Assembly: GCA_050273025.1 (NCBI GenBank)
Contig: CP158635.1
Location: 30,380,001 to 30,444,000 of the forward strand
Direction of reading: 5' to 3'
DNA length: 64,000 nucleotides
Source: Cenococcum geophilum
Taxonomy: Eukaryota
Shown: one piece after another, positions 36,039 through 49,000 of the stretch
How positions within the stretch are numbered: the first letter of the stretch is position 1
Layout of the letters: the number at the start of each line of letters is the position of its first letter
Program-made: the position numbers and the translations under genes
The notes under the pieces: model-generated
The model's database searches: none
What the model was told of the DNA's origin: nothing
Seen by the model: only the letters and a program-made list of their open reading frames with translations

Positions 36039-39000
36039 TGTAACGGAACCTTGTAGCAAGAACTACGATGGGCTCGTTATTGGGCTAGGTGTGTAGGAAA
36101 TGCAAGTACAAAAGTCAACAACGTAATAACAACTGGTGGAGTGGTTGCCCAATAGATTAACTCTAATTATATTCTAAGAATTACTATAAGGAAGGAACTA
36201 TCTAGGTAGGGACTAAGGGTCCTTAAATACACAACCATACTCCTATAAAATCCTTCTTGTATATAATATACGTATGCTCTACCTGCTCTATTATAGATTA
36301 TATAGATTATACAGATTATATAGATTATATTATATAACCTTGGTTACTATTCCTCGTTACATAGTTCTATCGGCTTTATTTTAGACTATGCCTAAATTAA
36401 CTAACTAGCTTTTTCCATCTCTTCTCTAAGTAGTCGTAATATTATACTTAAAGCGTCCGTAATACTATCTCCCTCCTCTTTATCTTTGTCCTTAAAGATT
36501 TAAAATATCTTTAAGTCGTTTACTAGAGGTATAATATCCATCTAATTAATTTAGTTAATATTATTACTTATTATACCTAAAGCAATTTCTTCTTCCTTAA
36601 CTGCTTGTTATGCTCGCACTATTACTGCAATATTATCTCTTAGTAAGATTATACCGTCTCTATGTTCTTACTATTTAAAAGAGGGGTTAGTTTATATTAC
36701 GTTAGCGAACCCATCTTCGCAATAACCGTCCTCTTGCTTAGAGTGCACTAAAGCGAATATTCATTTATCTTGTGACATTTACTCTACTTCTAATGCTAAA
36801 TATACGCGACCTATTACTCTTAATAATCGTCTAGTTCCCTAATTAATTTGTTTTAGGGTTTTATATTTAATCTACTGCTATACGGCTAGATAATAAACTG
36901 TTTATTACTTTTACTAAATTACGCCGATCTTAGGACGCTAAATAGGAGGCTGCTAATACTTAACAACGGGCTCTTAAGTCTCGTTTAGTAGCGTCTACTT
37001 AGCTAATCCGTCTTAAGAAGGTACGTAAGAAGGTTTATTTTAAGGAGTGGAAACTTATAGAATAAGGTCTATAGGAACTAGGTAATAAAAGAACGGATTC
37101 TCTTCTAATAGAGAAGAAAATAGATCTAAGTAGTTTAGCAACTGCTCTTCTTAGGTCCCCCTTAGGTAACTCATTCTTTAGCAATCCTTCTTTATTAATA
37201 CTATCTAACCTAATCTCTTCTAATACTCCTATACCTTTCCTATAGCATTTTTTAGATTCTCTAGTAGCTCCTAGGTAGTCTTAGTGTAGCCTATCTACTT
37301 AACCTTATACTATATTTCGTCGTCAGTGTCCTTATAATTAACGACCTCCAAAACTTACTATTTATCTTCTTCCTATCCTTTATACGTGTCTGCTTTATAA
37401 ACTAGTGGCTTAACATTCCTATATACTAACTCTAGCATTGCGATATGCTGTATAGGGTAGATCTTTATTTTAGCTAGTAGGTTTAACTTAAATATAACCG
37501 GTAAAATCCTCTATATAATTTTAAAAGGTCCTAGTCTAACATAGTCTAACTTCTTACTTAGTCGTTAACTCTTAAAATTTTTATATAATAGCTATACTTT
37601 ATCTCCCTCCTTAAGATCTGGTCCCTTAGATCTCTTAGCATTATAGTACTTTTTTATTCTTTCTTATACTTTCTTTACTAATTCTATAAGGTCTACATAA
37701 AGATTTATTAAATCCTTTATTCTCTCTTTGGCTCTACTACTTATTTTCTTTACTTATTATAGTAATAATAATGTTCTTAGCTTATATCCGTAATTTATCT
37801 TAAATGGTAATATACCTATTCCTTCTTAAGGTATTACATTGTATATAAATTGTATAACTAGTAATAGTAATACCTAATTATTCTGTGCATAATTGATATA
37901 ATGCCTTAAGTACTGCTCTATCGTCTAATTTAATCTTTCCGTTTAGCTATCTGTCTATAAATAATATATAGTAGAAGTTACTACTTAAACTCCTTACTCT
38001 ACTAAAAACACTTCCTAGAATACTACTATAAATCTTAAATCTCTATCCAATATAATCTTGCTTAGTGCTCCGTATCTTATAAACACTTCTTTTACATAAA
38101 TTCTAGCAACATCTTCTGCTAAGATTTCTTCTATATATACTATAAAGTATCCCTACTTTATAAGCTTATCTACTATTACTAGGATTACGTTATAATCTTA
38201 TCCGGTAATAGGATCTTTTAATTTTAGCAACTTAATAATAAAGTCCTATAATATAACCTCCTATAGTCTCTCTAGTATTTTAATAGGTTATAGCCCTCTA
38301 TATAGCTTATACCTTATTAGTTTGTTCCTTTAGCAATCTAAACATTCCTTTATAACTTTTCTAGCTATCCTCTAGATTCTATTAATAATATACTCCTCCT
38401 AGAGTCTTAATACTAAGCTCATAGCTCTATTATGTCCTTAAGTTAGTCCCTTGTAGAAGTCTTCTATAAACTATTCTGCTATACTTCTTAGGATATACTT
38501 TACTTCCCAATTTTTGTATATATCCGCCTGTAAATCTTCTAGCTATACTTCTAGAATTCTTTACGCCTAAAAGCTTTTTAGTATCTTATAGACTTTCTTT
38601 AGTTTATTATTTTCCCAAGTTACTATAATTTTTAGATAATTGTATCTAATTAATCCGTCTATATCTTTTCGCAATAAAGCCCCTAATGGCTTTTCCTTAT
38701 TTTATAGTTTAGCTTTACAGCTTAGAGTATCTACCCGCGTATTGTCTGTACCTTTAGTATATTAAATCTTAAAATAGTATTCCGCAAGTATCTCTGCCTA
38801 TCTAACCTATCTTTAGTTAAGTTTCTTTATTATTAGAAATCCTGTTAGGTTTTTATAATCTATCTTAACTATAAATAGTTTCTTTATACCTTATAAGAAT
38901 GCTTTCTATTTTTTTAATACTGTAACTATACCTAATAACTCCTTGTTATAAATGTTATAGTTTAACTCTAGTAGTGTTATCTTCTAACTATAGTATACCA

Positions 39001-42000
39001 CTAGGTGCTATCTATCTTAATGCCTTTATATAAAGCACGCCCCTAGTATATAGTCTAATACGTTTATCTTTATAACCGTCTCTAGTCCTAGTTAATAGAT
39101 CTTAAGAACTAGCTCCTAGGTAAATAACTCTTTAACTTTCTTAAAAAGTTTTTTTTACTCCTCTCCCTATGCCTATGGTTCTTCTTTCTTTGTTAACTAC
39201 GTAAATGGCTTAATATTCTTTAACCACTGCGCTATAAACCTTCTATAGTAATTGCAAAACCTTAGGAATAATCTTAACTATATAACGTTCTTTAGTTCCT
39301 ACCAATTTACTATAGCCTTAATCTTTTTTAGATCTATGCTAAGTTAGCCTAGTTTAATAATAAATCTAACAAAATTGGTCTTCCTAGTAAAGAACTCGTA
39401 TTTCTTAATTACTACTAGCATCTATTCCTCTTATAGTCTTTTTAAGACCTATTTAACGTATTCTCCATGTTCTTTCTCTATTATTAAGTAGATAATAATA
39501 TTATTAAGATATACCATAATAAATTCATCTAAGTGTTCTCCTAATATATTGTTAATACGCTTCTAAAATATTACTAGTGCGTTTATAAGCCTAAATTGCA
39601 TAACTAATAGTTTATATAGTCCTTCCTTTAACCTAAAGGCTGCCTTCCACTTATCGCCTTCCTTGATCCTAATCTAGTAGTACGCCTATCTTAGATCTAT
39701 CTTTATAAAGATTTACGTATTGCCTATCCTATTTTAGATTTCACTAATTAAGGGTAAAGGATACCTATCCTTTTTAGTAATGCTGTTTAACTGCCTATAG
39801 TTAATACACAGCCTTAGTTTGCTATTTTTCTTTAGTATAAATAGTACTGGATAACCTGTTAATAACTATAATAGTTTAATATATCCCTTTTATAAATTCT
39901 CCTAGATAAACTCTTTTAACGCTCTACCTTCTTCTTTAGTAAGCTTATAAATTGGAAAGAACTTTAGACTTATTCCTAGTTCTAACTCTATCTTATAGTC
40001 CTATGCTATATATTCTAACAGCTTTTTACTTTCTAGTAACTATAGTTTTCTGCCGTACTTATAGTACTTCTTTAGTATATAACTTAGTCCTTTTTCTATT
40101 TCTTTATAGGTTGCTCTTACTTAGTATTATACTAACTTGGCTTATTTTTATATCTTGCGGTATTAAGTATTTCTTATATTGACTTGACCTGTAATCTAAT
40201 TAATCCTTAGATTATATTTCTATAACTAAGGTATACCTAGTACTGCCTTATCCTGTCCTAATAGTAGGATATTAAAAGACATCTTAATTTATCTTCCTTT
40301 AATAGTTATTTAAATAGGTCCTATTTTAAGATTAATAATCCCTCCTCTATAGGTTATTAGATCTCCTAAAATTGTAACTAATAGGTAAGATTACTCCTTT
40401 TATCTATAAGGTAATCCCATTCTCTTAACTACTACTAGTAAAATATAGTTTCGCGTTACTCTACTATCTATTAGCGCTTTAAACTGCTAATCTTACCACT
40501 TAATTTATAAATTTAGGTGTCGTCCTTAAATTCCTTTAAGGGTCTAAGGCTTTATTACTAGCTCCCCCTAGTCCCGTAGGCCTCTACTTTTCCTAACTAT
40601 TAGCTACTTAATCCTAGTGCACTTGGCTTACTCTTTAGCCAATACCTAGTTCGCTTTTTATCTTTAATATACTATAAACACGTGTTTTCTAGGCATTCCT
40701 ACTACTGTCGTCCATCTAAGCATTCTTCTATAAGGAATCTTCCTAGTTAAAGTACTAAACTTCCTTCCTCTTGGTCCTCTGCTGGATGCCATCTATATAT
40801 ATACTTAGCATTTCTATACTATTATTTATCTATTATCTAGTATATCCTTATAGGGTATTTCCAATTCTTTTCCTTTGGATTCTTATATATTTTGTATATA
40901 TTGTCCACGTATGCAATCTATAATAGCGTATAGTATACTAGGTGCTTTAGGTCAACTCTTAGCTTATCTTTATCCCTAAGTTTAAACCTCTATCGTGCTA
41001 ATCTAAATATTATAACTTTATTTGCAGGTACTAAGATACGTCTTTTACTTCTCTAGTCCTCTAAACATTCCTCTAGATCCTTTAATATTATAATTAAGGC
41101 TCCTTTAATATATGTTATAGCTTTTTCTATAATTAGGTGGTCCTGGATAACTTTCTTGTCTAGCTATATATAGAAATCTTCCCACTTATTATTGTGCCTT
41201 TATCTATACCACTTTCGGTACAGCCGCTAGAGCGCGCATAGTCCGTCCGCAAGGAAGTACCCTCTCACTGCTACACTATAACAGCCCTTTATATATCGTT
41301 CTTTAAACCTAGTTAGAATCCCTAGATCCTCTTTATTTTCCAGTTTAGTAAGCTACTTAGCTCTTAGTATGCCTGTTCTCGGCCTATTAGTAATTCTTTA
41401 TACTAGTACTCTGTCCTTTATACGTCCTACTATACTAGATCTCTTATCTAGTTTCTATTTTTGCTATGCGATAATTCTTTGCCTAAACTCTTCTATAGTT
41501 TCTTTTAGTTTACGCCTTGCGCTTTAATCCTTAAAGTCGTCTTACTTCTTAATTCTAGTATTAAACTTTCGATCTTTAGGCTGAATACTATATTCCCCTA
41601 GTAAGTCTTCCGGGTCTATATATCTGTCTCTTAGTCTAACTGCTGTTTATATTGCAGATTCTCTAATCTATAAAGAAGCTCCTTACCTCTTACCTATAGG
41701 TGTCCTCATTCGTACTCTAAAATCTTGGTCCCTTAGATTCTTTAATCCTAAGCTTGCTTCTAACTTAAGCTTAGCTCCCGCCTTAGTCTAACTAGGCGTC
41801 CGTAGTGTTCTTATCTTGTCTTAAAAGTCTTAAATCTTACTTATCTCGTCTTAAGAATCTTATACTGTGGGAAACTCTTATCCCAAGCTTATTTATATAT
41901 TTCTAAACTAAGCTACTACCCTGTTCCATCGGTTTTCGTCTATTATAGGTCCTTAGGTATGCCTTATTTCGTCTTAAGAATCTTAAGTCTTTGGCCTTTT

Positions 42001-43982
42001 ACCTTTATTAAGTGCCAAAGTAGTTCGCTATCCTACTTCTCTTGCGTCTTACAAAGCAATAGACATTATGTCTAGTAGGGTCTCGATCCCTACTAATGTT
42101 CCCTATTCTATAGTGGAATTATCCTCTACCTCTAGTATAACATCTTTAAGGTCTACTTGCTTCTAGTAAGCGGCCCTTATTACCTTATTATTATAAAATA
42201 TTTCGCCTACGTTAAATTCATTATCTTTAATATCCGATCTGCGAACTGGTTCGTTAGTTCCTTTATATCCTATAAGTGCTAGCTCCTATAGCTAATAGCT
42301 TACGCCATACTTAGCGTCCTTATAAATTTGGTATATATTATTATAACAAAACGCAAAACTTCTAATTGAATATTCTTTTGTTCCTCGCAGTATATTATTA
42401 TCCCTTTATACATATATATCGTCTACTAGTCTCATACCTTTTACTATATAGTAACTCTGCCCACTTCTATAGTCTTTAACGTAATAACCCTATTTTCCGC
42501 AATTTATATAAGCTCCCTCTTTAAACTATTTTTCTTACTATAGAGTCCGCCTGAATATCTTCTACTATTAAGATCCCTAATTCGGCCTCTACTTTTTAGA
42601 CCTTTAATTACTTAATCCTTATCCTCTAGGTTTTTATAGTTTGCTCCATTTCTTATAGGCTTCTTTAGTACTACTTAGGTCTATTAGCTCTGCGCTATAC
42701 TATATTTTCTAACTTAGCTTTAGTTGTTGCGTACTCTACGCCTTATATAACTATAGAACTCTATCCTAGCCCCTCTTAGCCTGTTCCCTTTAAAAGATCC
42801 TATTATTAATCTTAATCGCTTAATCTATTAATTCCCTTAGGGTATCCATATCTTCTATTAGGATAATTACGTCCTAGACTTTAGCCTTAAGTCCTTGTTT
42901 ATACTATGCCATAAGCGCCCTATTATTTCACTCTACTTATATTGCTAGTGTCTAGAACTATATTATATACTTAATTACTAAAGTTCGTTATATAAGGTTC
43001 TGGAGTTTTCTTTCTACTATAGTTGTTTCTTCCGGATCTCTAAACATCTGCGTAAGTCGTTCTACGAATCCTTCCTAACTTAAGAATATAAATCGCACGT
43101 CTTAGTTAGTAGTTGTTATTCTATTTGCCTATATCTCTATAAGGTAAGGTTTAAACCACTTAAGTGCTTTTCCTAATAAGAATAGTCCTATATAGGCTAT
43201 CCGATCCACGGGTATAGGTAACTTTACTCCTTTTTATAAGACCTTAAAGTGTATCTATATAAGGAATCCTTTAAGCTTTAACCTTTTTCCTATAAATCTC
43301 TTAATTAATAGTAGCTTAATCTTTACTGCTCCTATCCTATTAAGTCTTTCTTCTAATACCGTATAGTTATTTATTAGCTAGTTAACTATTACCTATAGTT
43401 ATCTAACCGTTACAGGTTGCTGTAAGTCAGTATCTATTATACTGGTATCACCTCCTGTCCCTAAAGTAGTTACTGCCGTTAATGGTATTATAATGGCTGC
43501 TTTTGGTGGCATATTATTCAACTTCTTATATTAATACTATAACTAGGTAGTAATTATATAACGGAACCTTGTAGCAAGAACTACAATGGGCTTATTATTA
43601 GGCTAGGTGTATAGGAAATGCAAGTATAAAAGTCAACAACGTAATAACAACTAGTGGAGTAGTTGCCCAACAGATTAACTCCAATTATATTCTAAGAATC
43701 ACTATAAGAAAGAAACTATCTAGGTAGGGACTAAGGGTCCTTAAATACACAACCGTACTTCTATAAAATCCTTCTTATATATAATATACGTATGCTCTAC
43801 CTACTTTATTACAGATTATACAGATTATATAGATTATATAGATCACATCATGTGACCTTGGTTACTATTTCTCGTTATATGGTTTTATCGGCTCTATCCT
43901 AGACCGTGCCTAAATTAACCAACTAGCTTCTTCCGTCTCTTCTTTAAGTAGTCGTAATATTGTACTTAAAGCGTCCGTAATA
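36039..43982 (-). mobile_element. Ty3/Gypsy G2 copy 3 (7944 bp)
   Basis: LTRs 36039-36464 and 43557-43982; TSD AATTT (36034-36038, 43983-43987); colinear with copy 1. Confidence 0.93.
36573..37245 (+). pseudogene. Antisense Zn-cluster/coiled-coil gene of G2 copy 3
   Basis: Retains tgc-tta-gag-tgc and tgt codons for Cys4, Cys5 and Cys6; same exon layout as copy 1. Confidence 0.6.
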
Positions 43983-44991
43983 AATTTGTTATAGGGTTTT
44001 ATATTTAATCTACTACTATAAAGCTTAATAGTGAGCTCTCGAGCGCTTTTAATAAATTGCGTTAATCGCGAGAGGCGGAACAAGAGGCTATAGCTGCTTA
44101 ATAGCGTGCTCTTAAAACTCGTCTTTTAGCCTTTACTTGTCTTTTACGTCTTAAACGGGTTTATAAGAAGGTTTACTCTAAAGAGTAGAAGCTTATAGAA
44201 TAAGGTTTATAGGAACTTAGTAATAAGAGAACTAACTCTCTTCCTATAAAGGAAATAATTCTAAGTAATTTAGTAGTCGCTCTTTTTAGGTCCCCCTTAG
44301 GTAACTTATTCTTTAGCGATCCTTCCTTATTAATATTACCTAACCTATTTTCTTTTAATACTTCTATATCTTTTCTATAGCGTTCTTTAAATTCTCTAGT
44401 AGTTCCTAGGTAGTTTTATTATAGCCTATCTACTTAACCTTATACTATATTTTATTATTAACGTCCTTATAACTAATAATCTTTAAAACTTACTATTTGT
44501 CTTCTTCTCGTCCTTTATACGTGTCTGCTTTATAGACTAATGGCTTAATATTCCTATATACTAGCTCTAGCATTGCGATGTGCTATATAGGGTAGATCTT
44601 TATTTTAGCTAGTAGGTTTAACTTAAATATAACCAGTAAAATCCTTTATGTAATTTTAAAAGGTCCTAGTCTAATATAGTCCAACTTCTTACTTAGTTGT
44701 TAACTCTTGAAATTTTTATATAGTAGCTATACTTTATCTCCTTCCTTAAGATCTGGTCCCTTAGATCTCTTAGCATTATAATATTTCTTTATTCTCTGCT
44801 ATACTACTTTAGCTATTTCCGTAAGGTTCTTATAAAGATTTATTAATATCTCTATCTTTTACTTAGCTGTGCTACTTATCTTTTTTACTTAATGTGGCAA
44901 TAATAATGTTCTTAGCTTATATCTATAATTCGCCTTAAATAGTAACGTACCCATTTCTTCCTGTAGTGTTATATTGTATATAAACTATATA

Positions 44992-45077
44992 GGCCGTTAA
45001 AAACGGACTCTGCACCTATACGTGGTGACGGCTACGAACCTAGGTCTTTAAAGTTTAGACTTAGAGCCAACGTAAAG
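44992..45077 (+). ncRNA. HDV-like self-cleaving ribozyme fold (RIP-damaged) at the retroposon 5' end
   Basis: P1 ggccgtt/gacggct with G1-U wobble; P2 ctctgc/gtaaag; P3 acc/ggt; L3 tatacgt; P4 ctaggtct/agacttag; J4/2 ccaa. P2 and P1.1 need transition reversions for full pairing. Confidence 0.65.
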
Positions 45078-46004
45078 ACGTTATACAGCGTGCGATAAAA
45101 CCTAGTAGTCGTGGTTATAAGCGTTATAGGCGGTGGTGAAAATTTTTCAGATGGTGAGATCTCGAAAACCACTACTATAGCCCTCTACAATTCAGCTACG
45201 CTATTCTCCTATTAAGGCACCTATATAATCCAACGTGGATATATGGCATTCGATAGCATCCCCTGACCCCCAATAGAAAGCATCAACGACCTCTTATATT
45301 GATAAATGAGCGATCGCGAATGAATAAGTAGACGAATGAGCAAATATACGGCCCCTCCTAACCCCTAGGGCGATCGCCCGCGGAGCATACGGTCACTTGC
45401 CGTTTTTTCTACTAAATACTACCTAGCAGCCTGGATTGCGACCCACGGTTTTCCCTGTCTTCTTTTAATAGAGTAGTAACCCTTAAAAAGGGCCTAGCTG
45501 GGGCCTAGGCATAAAAGATACCTAAATACAACACAATATCCCACTCGCTTATTAGTATTACGGTAGTTAGAACGGATAAATCCCCCTTACGCCTTTAATA
45601 GGCCCTAGGGGGGGGAAGGCATGGCGTATATAGTAATAGTTAGACAAGAAATAGCATATAGGGGATGGCTAAGATATAGGAAATAGCAGTACGGCAATTA
45701 ATAGGCAAGGCCTAGCTGGGACGTAGTGAACCCTAGCTAGGGTAAGCTAGAGAAGGAAGCAGTGGTTCCTAAGGAGTTTGAACATCCAAGGAGGACAGGA
45801 CGTAGCCGTAGACCTGCAGGGCCGCCGCTACGGACGGACATGGCAAATCGGGGTTTTTCATCCTACTAAGGTGGCTCATTGGGTTTTTCCTCCCCCCTAG
45901 CAGCAAGGGTTTTTTCCCGTTAATATTACTTTTCCCTTATATACGGAGTAGTCTGCGTGGGGCTAGATAGCATCCGTATTAGACGTTAATTAAAGAATTA
46001 TTAT
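44992..46004 (+). mobile_element. Non-autonomous non-LTR retroposon (SINE-like or internally deleted LINE derivative, 1013 bp)
   Basis: 15-bp TSD tatataaactatata (44977-44991, 46005-46019); short (att)n tail; 3' stem-loop ~45951-45984. Absent from sibling integrases (~19980, ~37845). No ORF in the supplied track. Confidence 0.85.
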
Positions 46005-49000
46005 TATATAAACTATATAACTAGTAATAACAATACCTAATTATTTTGTGTGTAATTAATATAGTGTTTTAGATACTGCTTTAGTATCTAGTTTAATCTT
46101 TCCGTTTAACTGTCTATCTGCGGATAATATATAGTAGAAGTTGCTGCTTAAACTCCTTGCTCCGCTAAGAATACCTTTTAGAATGCTGTTATAAATCTTA
46201 GATCTCTGTCTAATATAATCTTACTTAGTGCTCTATATCTTATAAATACTTCTTTTATATAGATTCTAGCGATATCTTTTACTAATATCTCTTCTATATA
46301 CGCTATAAAGTATCCCCACTTTATAAGCTTATCTACTATTACTAAAATTGTATTATAATCTTATCCGGTAATAGGGTCTCTTAATTTTAGCAATTTAATA
46401 ATAAAGTCCTATAATATAACCTCCTATAGTCTCTCTAGTATTTTAACAGGTTATAGCCCTCTATATGGCTTATACCTTATTAGTTTATTCCTTTAGCAAT
46501 CTAGATATTCTCTTATAACCTTTTATACTAGGTTCTAGATTCCATTAATAATATACTCCTCCTAGAGTCTCGACACTAAGCCCGTAGCTCTATTATGCCC
46601 TTAAGTTAGTCCTTTATAGAATTCTTCTACGAATTACTTTGCTATGCTTTTTGGGATATACCTTACTTCTTAATTTTCGTATATATCCATCTATAGATCT
46701 TCTAGCTATACTTCTAGAATTCTTTATACCTAAAAGCTTTTTAATAATTTATAAACCCTCTCTAGTTCTTCCTAAGTTACTATAATTTTTAAATAATTAT
46801 ATCTAATTAATCTATCTATATCTTTTCGCAATAAAGCCCCTAATGGCTTCTCGTCGTTTTACAGTTCTGCTTTTTAACTTAGAGCATCTACTCTCGTGTT
46901 ATCTATACCCTTAGTATGCTGAATCTTAAAATGGTACTCTATAAGCATCTCTGCCCATCTAACCTATCTTTAGTTAAGTTCCTTTATTATTAGGAATCCC
47001 GTTAGGTTCTTATAATCCGTTTTAACTATAAATAGTTTCTCTATGCCTTATAAGAATGCTCTCTATTCCTTTAGTGCTATAACTATACCTAATAACTCCT
47101 TATTGTAGATATTATAGTTTAACTCTAGTGGTATTATCTTTTAACTATAGTATGCTACTAGGTGCCATCTATCTGGATGCTTTTATATAAAGTATACCCC
47201 TAGTGCAAAGTCTAATATATCTGTTTCTATAACCGTTTCTAGACCTAGCTAATAGATCTTAAGAACTGGCTTCTAGGTAAATAACCTCTTAACTTCCTTA
47301 AATAGTTCCTATTACTTCTTTCCCCATACCTATAGTTCTTCTTTTTTCATTAACCGCGTAAATAGCTTAATATCTTTTAACTATTACGCTATAAACCTTC
47401 TATAGTAATTACAAAACCCTAAGAATAATCTTAACTGTATAACGTTCTCTAGTTCCTACCAATTTACTATAGCCTCGATCTTCTTTAGATCTATACTAAG
47501 TTAGCCTAGTTTAATAATAAATCCTACGAAATTAGTCTTCCTAGTAAAGAACTCGCATTTTTTAATTACTACTAGCATCTATTCCTCTTATAGTCTCTTT
47601 AAGACCTATTTAATGTATTCTCTATGTTCTTTTTTAGTTATTAAGTAGATAATAATATCGTTAAGATATACTATAACAAATTTATCTAAGTGTTCTCCTA
47701 ATACATTATTAATACGCTTCTAGAACGTTGCTAGTGCGTTTATAAGCCCGAATTGTATAACTAATAGTTTATATAGTCCTTCCTTTAACCTAAAGGCTGC
47801 CTTCTATTCGTCGCCTTCCTTAATTCTAATCTAATAGTATGCCCATCTCAGATCTATCTTCGTAAAAATTTGTACGTTGCCTATCCTATCTTAGATCTCG
47901 CTAATTAAGGGTAAAGGATACCTATCCTTCCTAGTAATGCTGTTTAACTGTCTATAGTCGATACACAGCCTTAGTTTACTATTTTTCTTTAGTATAAATA
48001 GTACTAAATATTCTGCTAATAATTGCGATGGTCTAATATATCCCTTTTATAAGTTTTCTTGGATAAACTCTTTTAATGCTCTACCTTCTTTTTTAGTAAG
48101 CTTATAGATTGGAAAGAACCTTAGACTTATTCCTGGTTCTAATTCTATTTTATAGTCCCATGCTATATACTCTAATAGCTTTTCGCTTTCTAGCGACTAC
48201 AGTTTCTTGCTATACTTGTGGTATCTTTTTAGTATATAGCTTAACCCTTTTTTGGTTTCCTTATATATCGCTCCAACTTAGTACTATACTAGCTTAGCTT
48301 ATTATTGCGTCTTGCGGCGTTAAGTATCTCTAATATTGACCTGACCTATAATTTAATTAATTCTTAGATTGTATTTCTATAACTAAGGTATTTCTAATAC
48401 TGCTTTATTATTTCCTAATGGTAATATATTAAAAGACATCTCGATTTATCTCCCTTTAATGGTTATCTAAATAGGTCCTATTTTAAGATTAATAATGCCT
48501 CCTCTATAGGCTATTAGATCTCCTAAAATTATTACTAATAGGTAAGGATATTCCTTTTTTCTGTGTAGTAACCCTATTCTTTTAACTGCTACTAGCGAGA
48601 TATAGTTCCTTATTGCTCCACTATCTATTAATGCCTTGAACTGTTGATCTTGCTACTTAACTTATAAATTTAGGTATCGTCCTTAAATTCCTTTAAGGGT
48701 CTAAGGCTTTACCACTAGTTCCCTCTGGTCCTATAGGCCTCTACTTTTCCTAACTACTAGCTGCTTAATCCTGTTTATACTTAGTCCAACTTAAGCTAAT
48801 ACTTAGTTCACTTTTTATCTTTAATATACCATGAATAGGTATTCTTTGGATATTCCCACTACTATTGTCCATCTAGGCATTCTTCCGTAAGGAATCTTCC
48901 TGGCTAAAGTGTTAAGTCCCCTTATTCTTAAACTTCTACTAGGTACCAACTATGCATATACTTAGCATTTTAATATTTCGCCTTATTCGTCATCCAATAC

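Larger units (their letters stand above)
35762..44380 (+). pseudogene. Antisense Zn-cluster/coiled-coil gene of G2 copy 2, split within its inferred intron by G2 copy 3
   Basis: PCSRCAKEGLVC is read directly (ORF 35816-36031); the second exon resumes at ~43995. Confidence 0.6.

Noticed and set aside
44992..45120. tRNA- or 5S-derived SINE head
   Set aside because: I could not identify A/B boxes, a cloverleaf or 5S similarity; the HDV-like fold explains the 5' end better.
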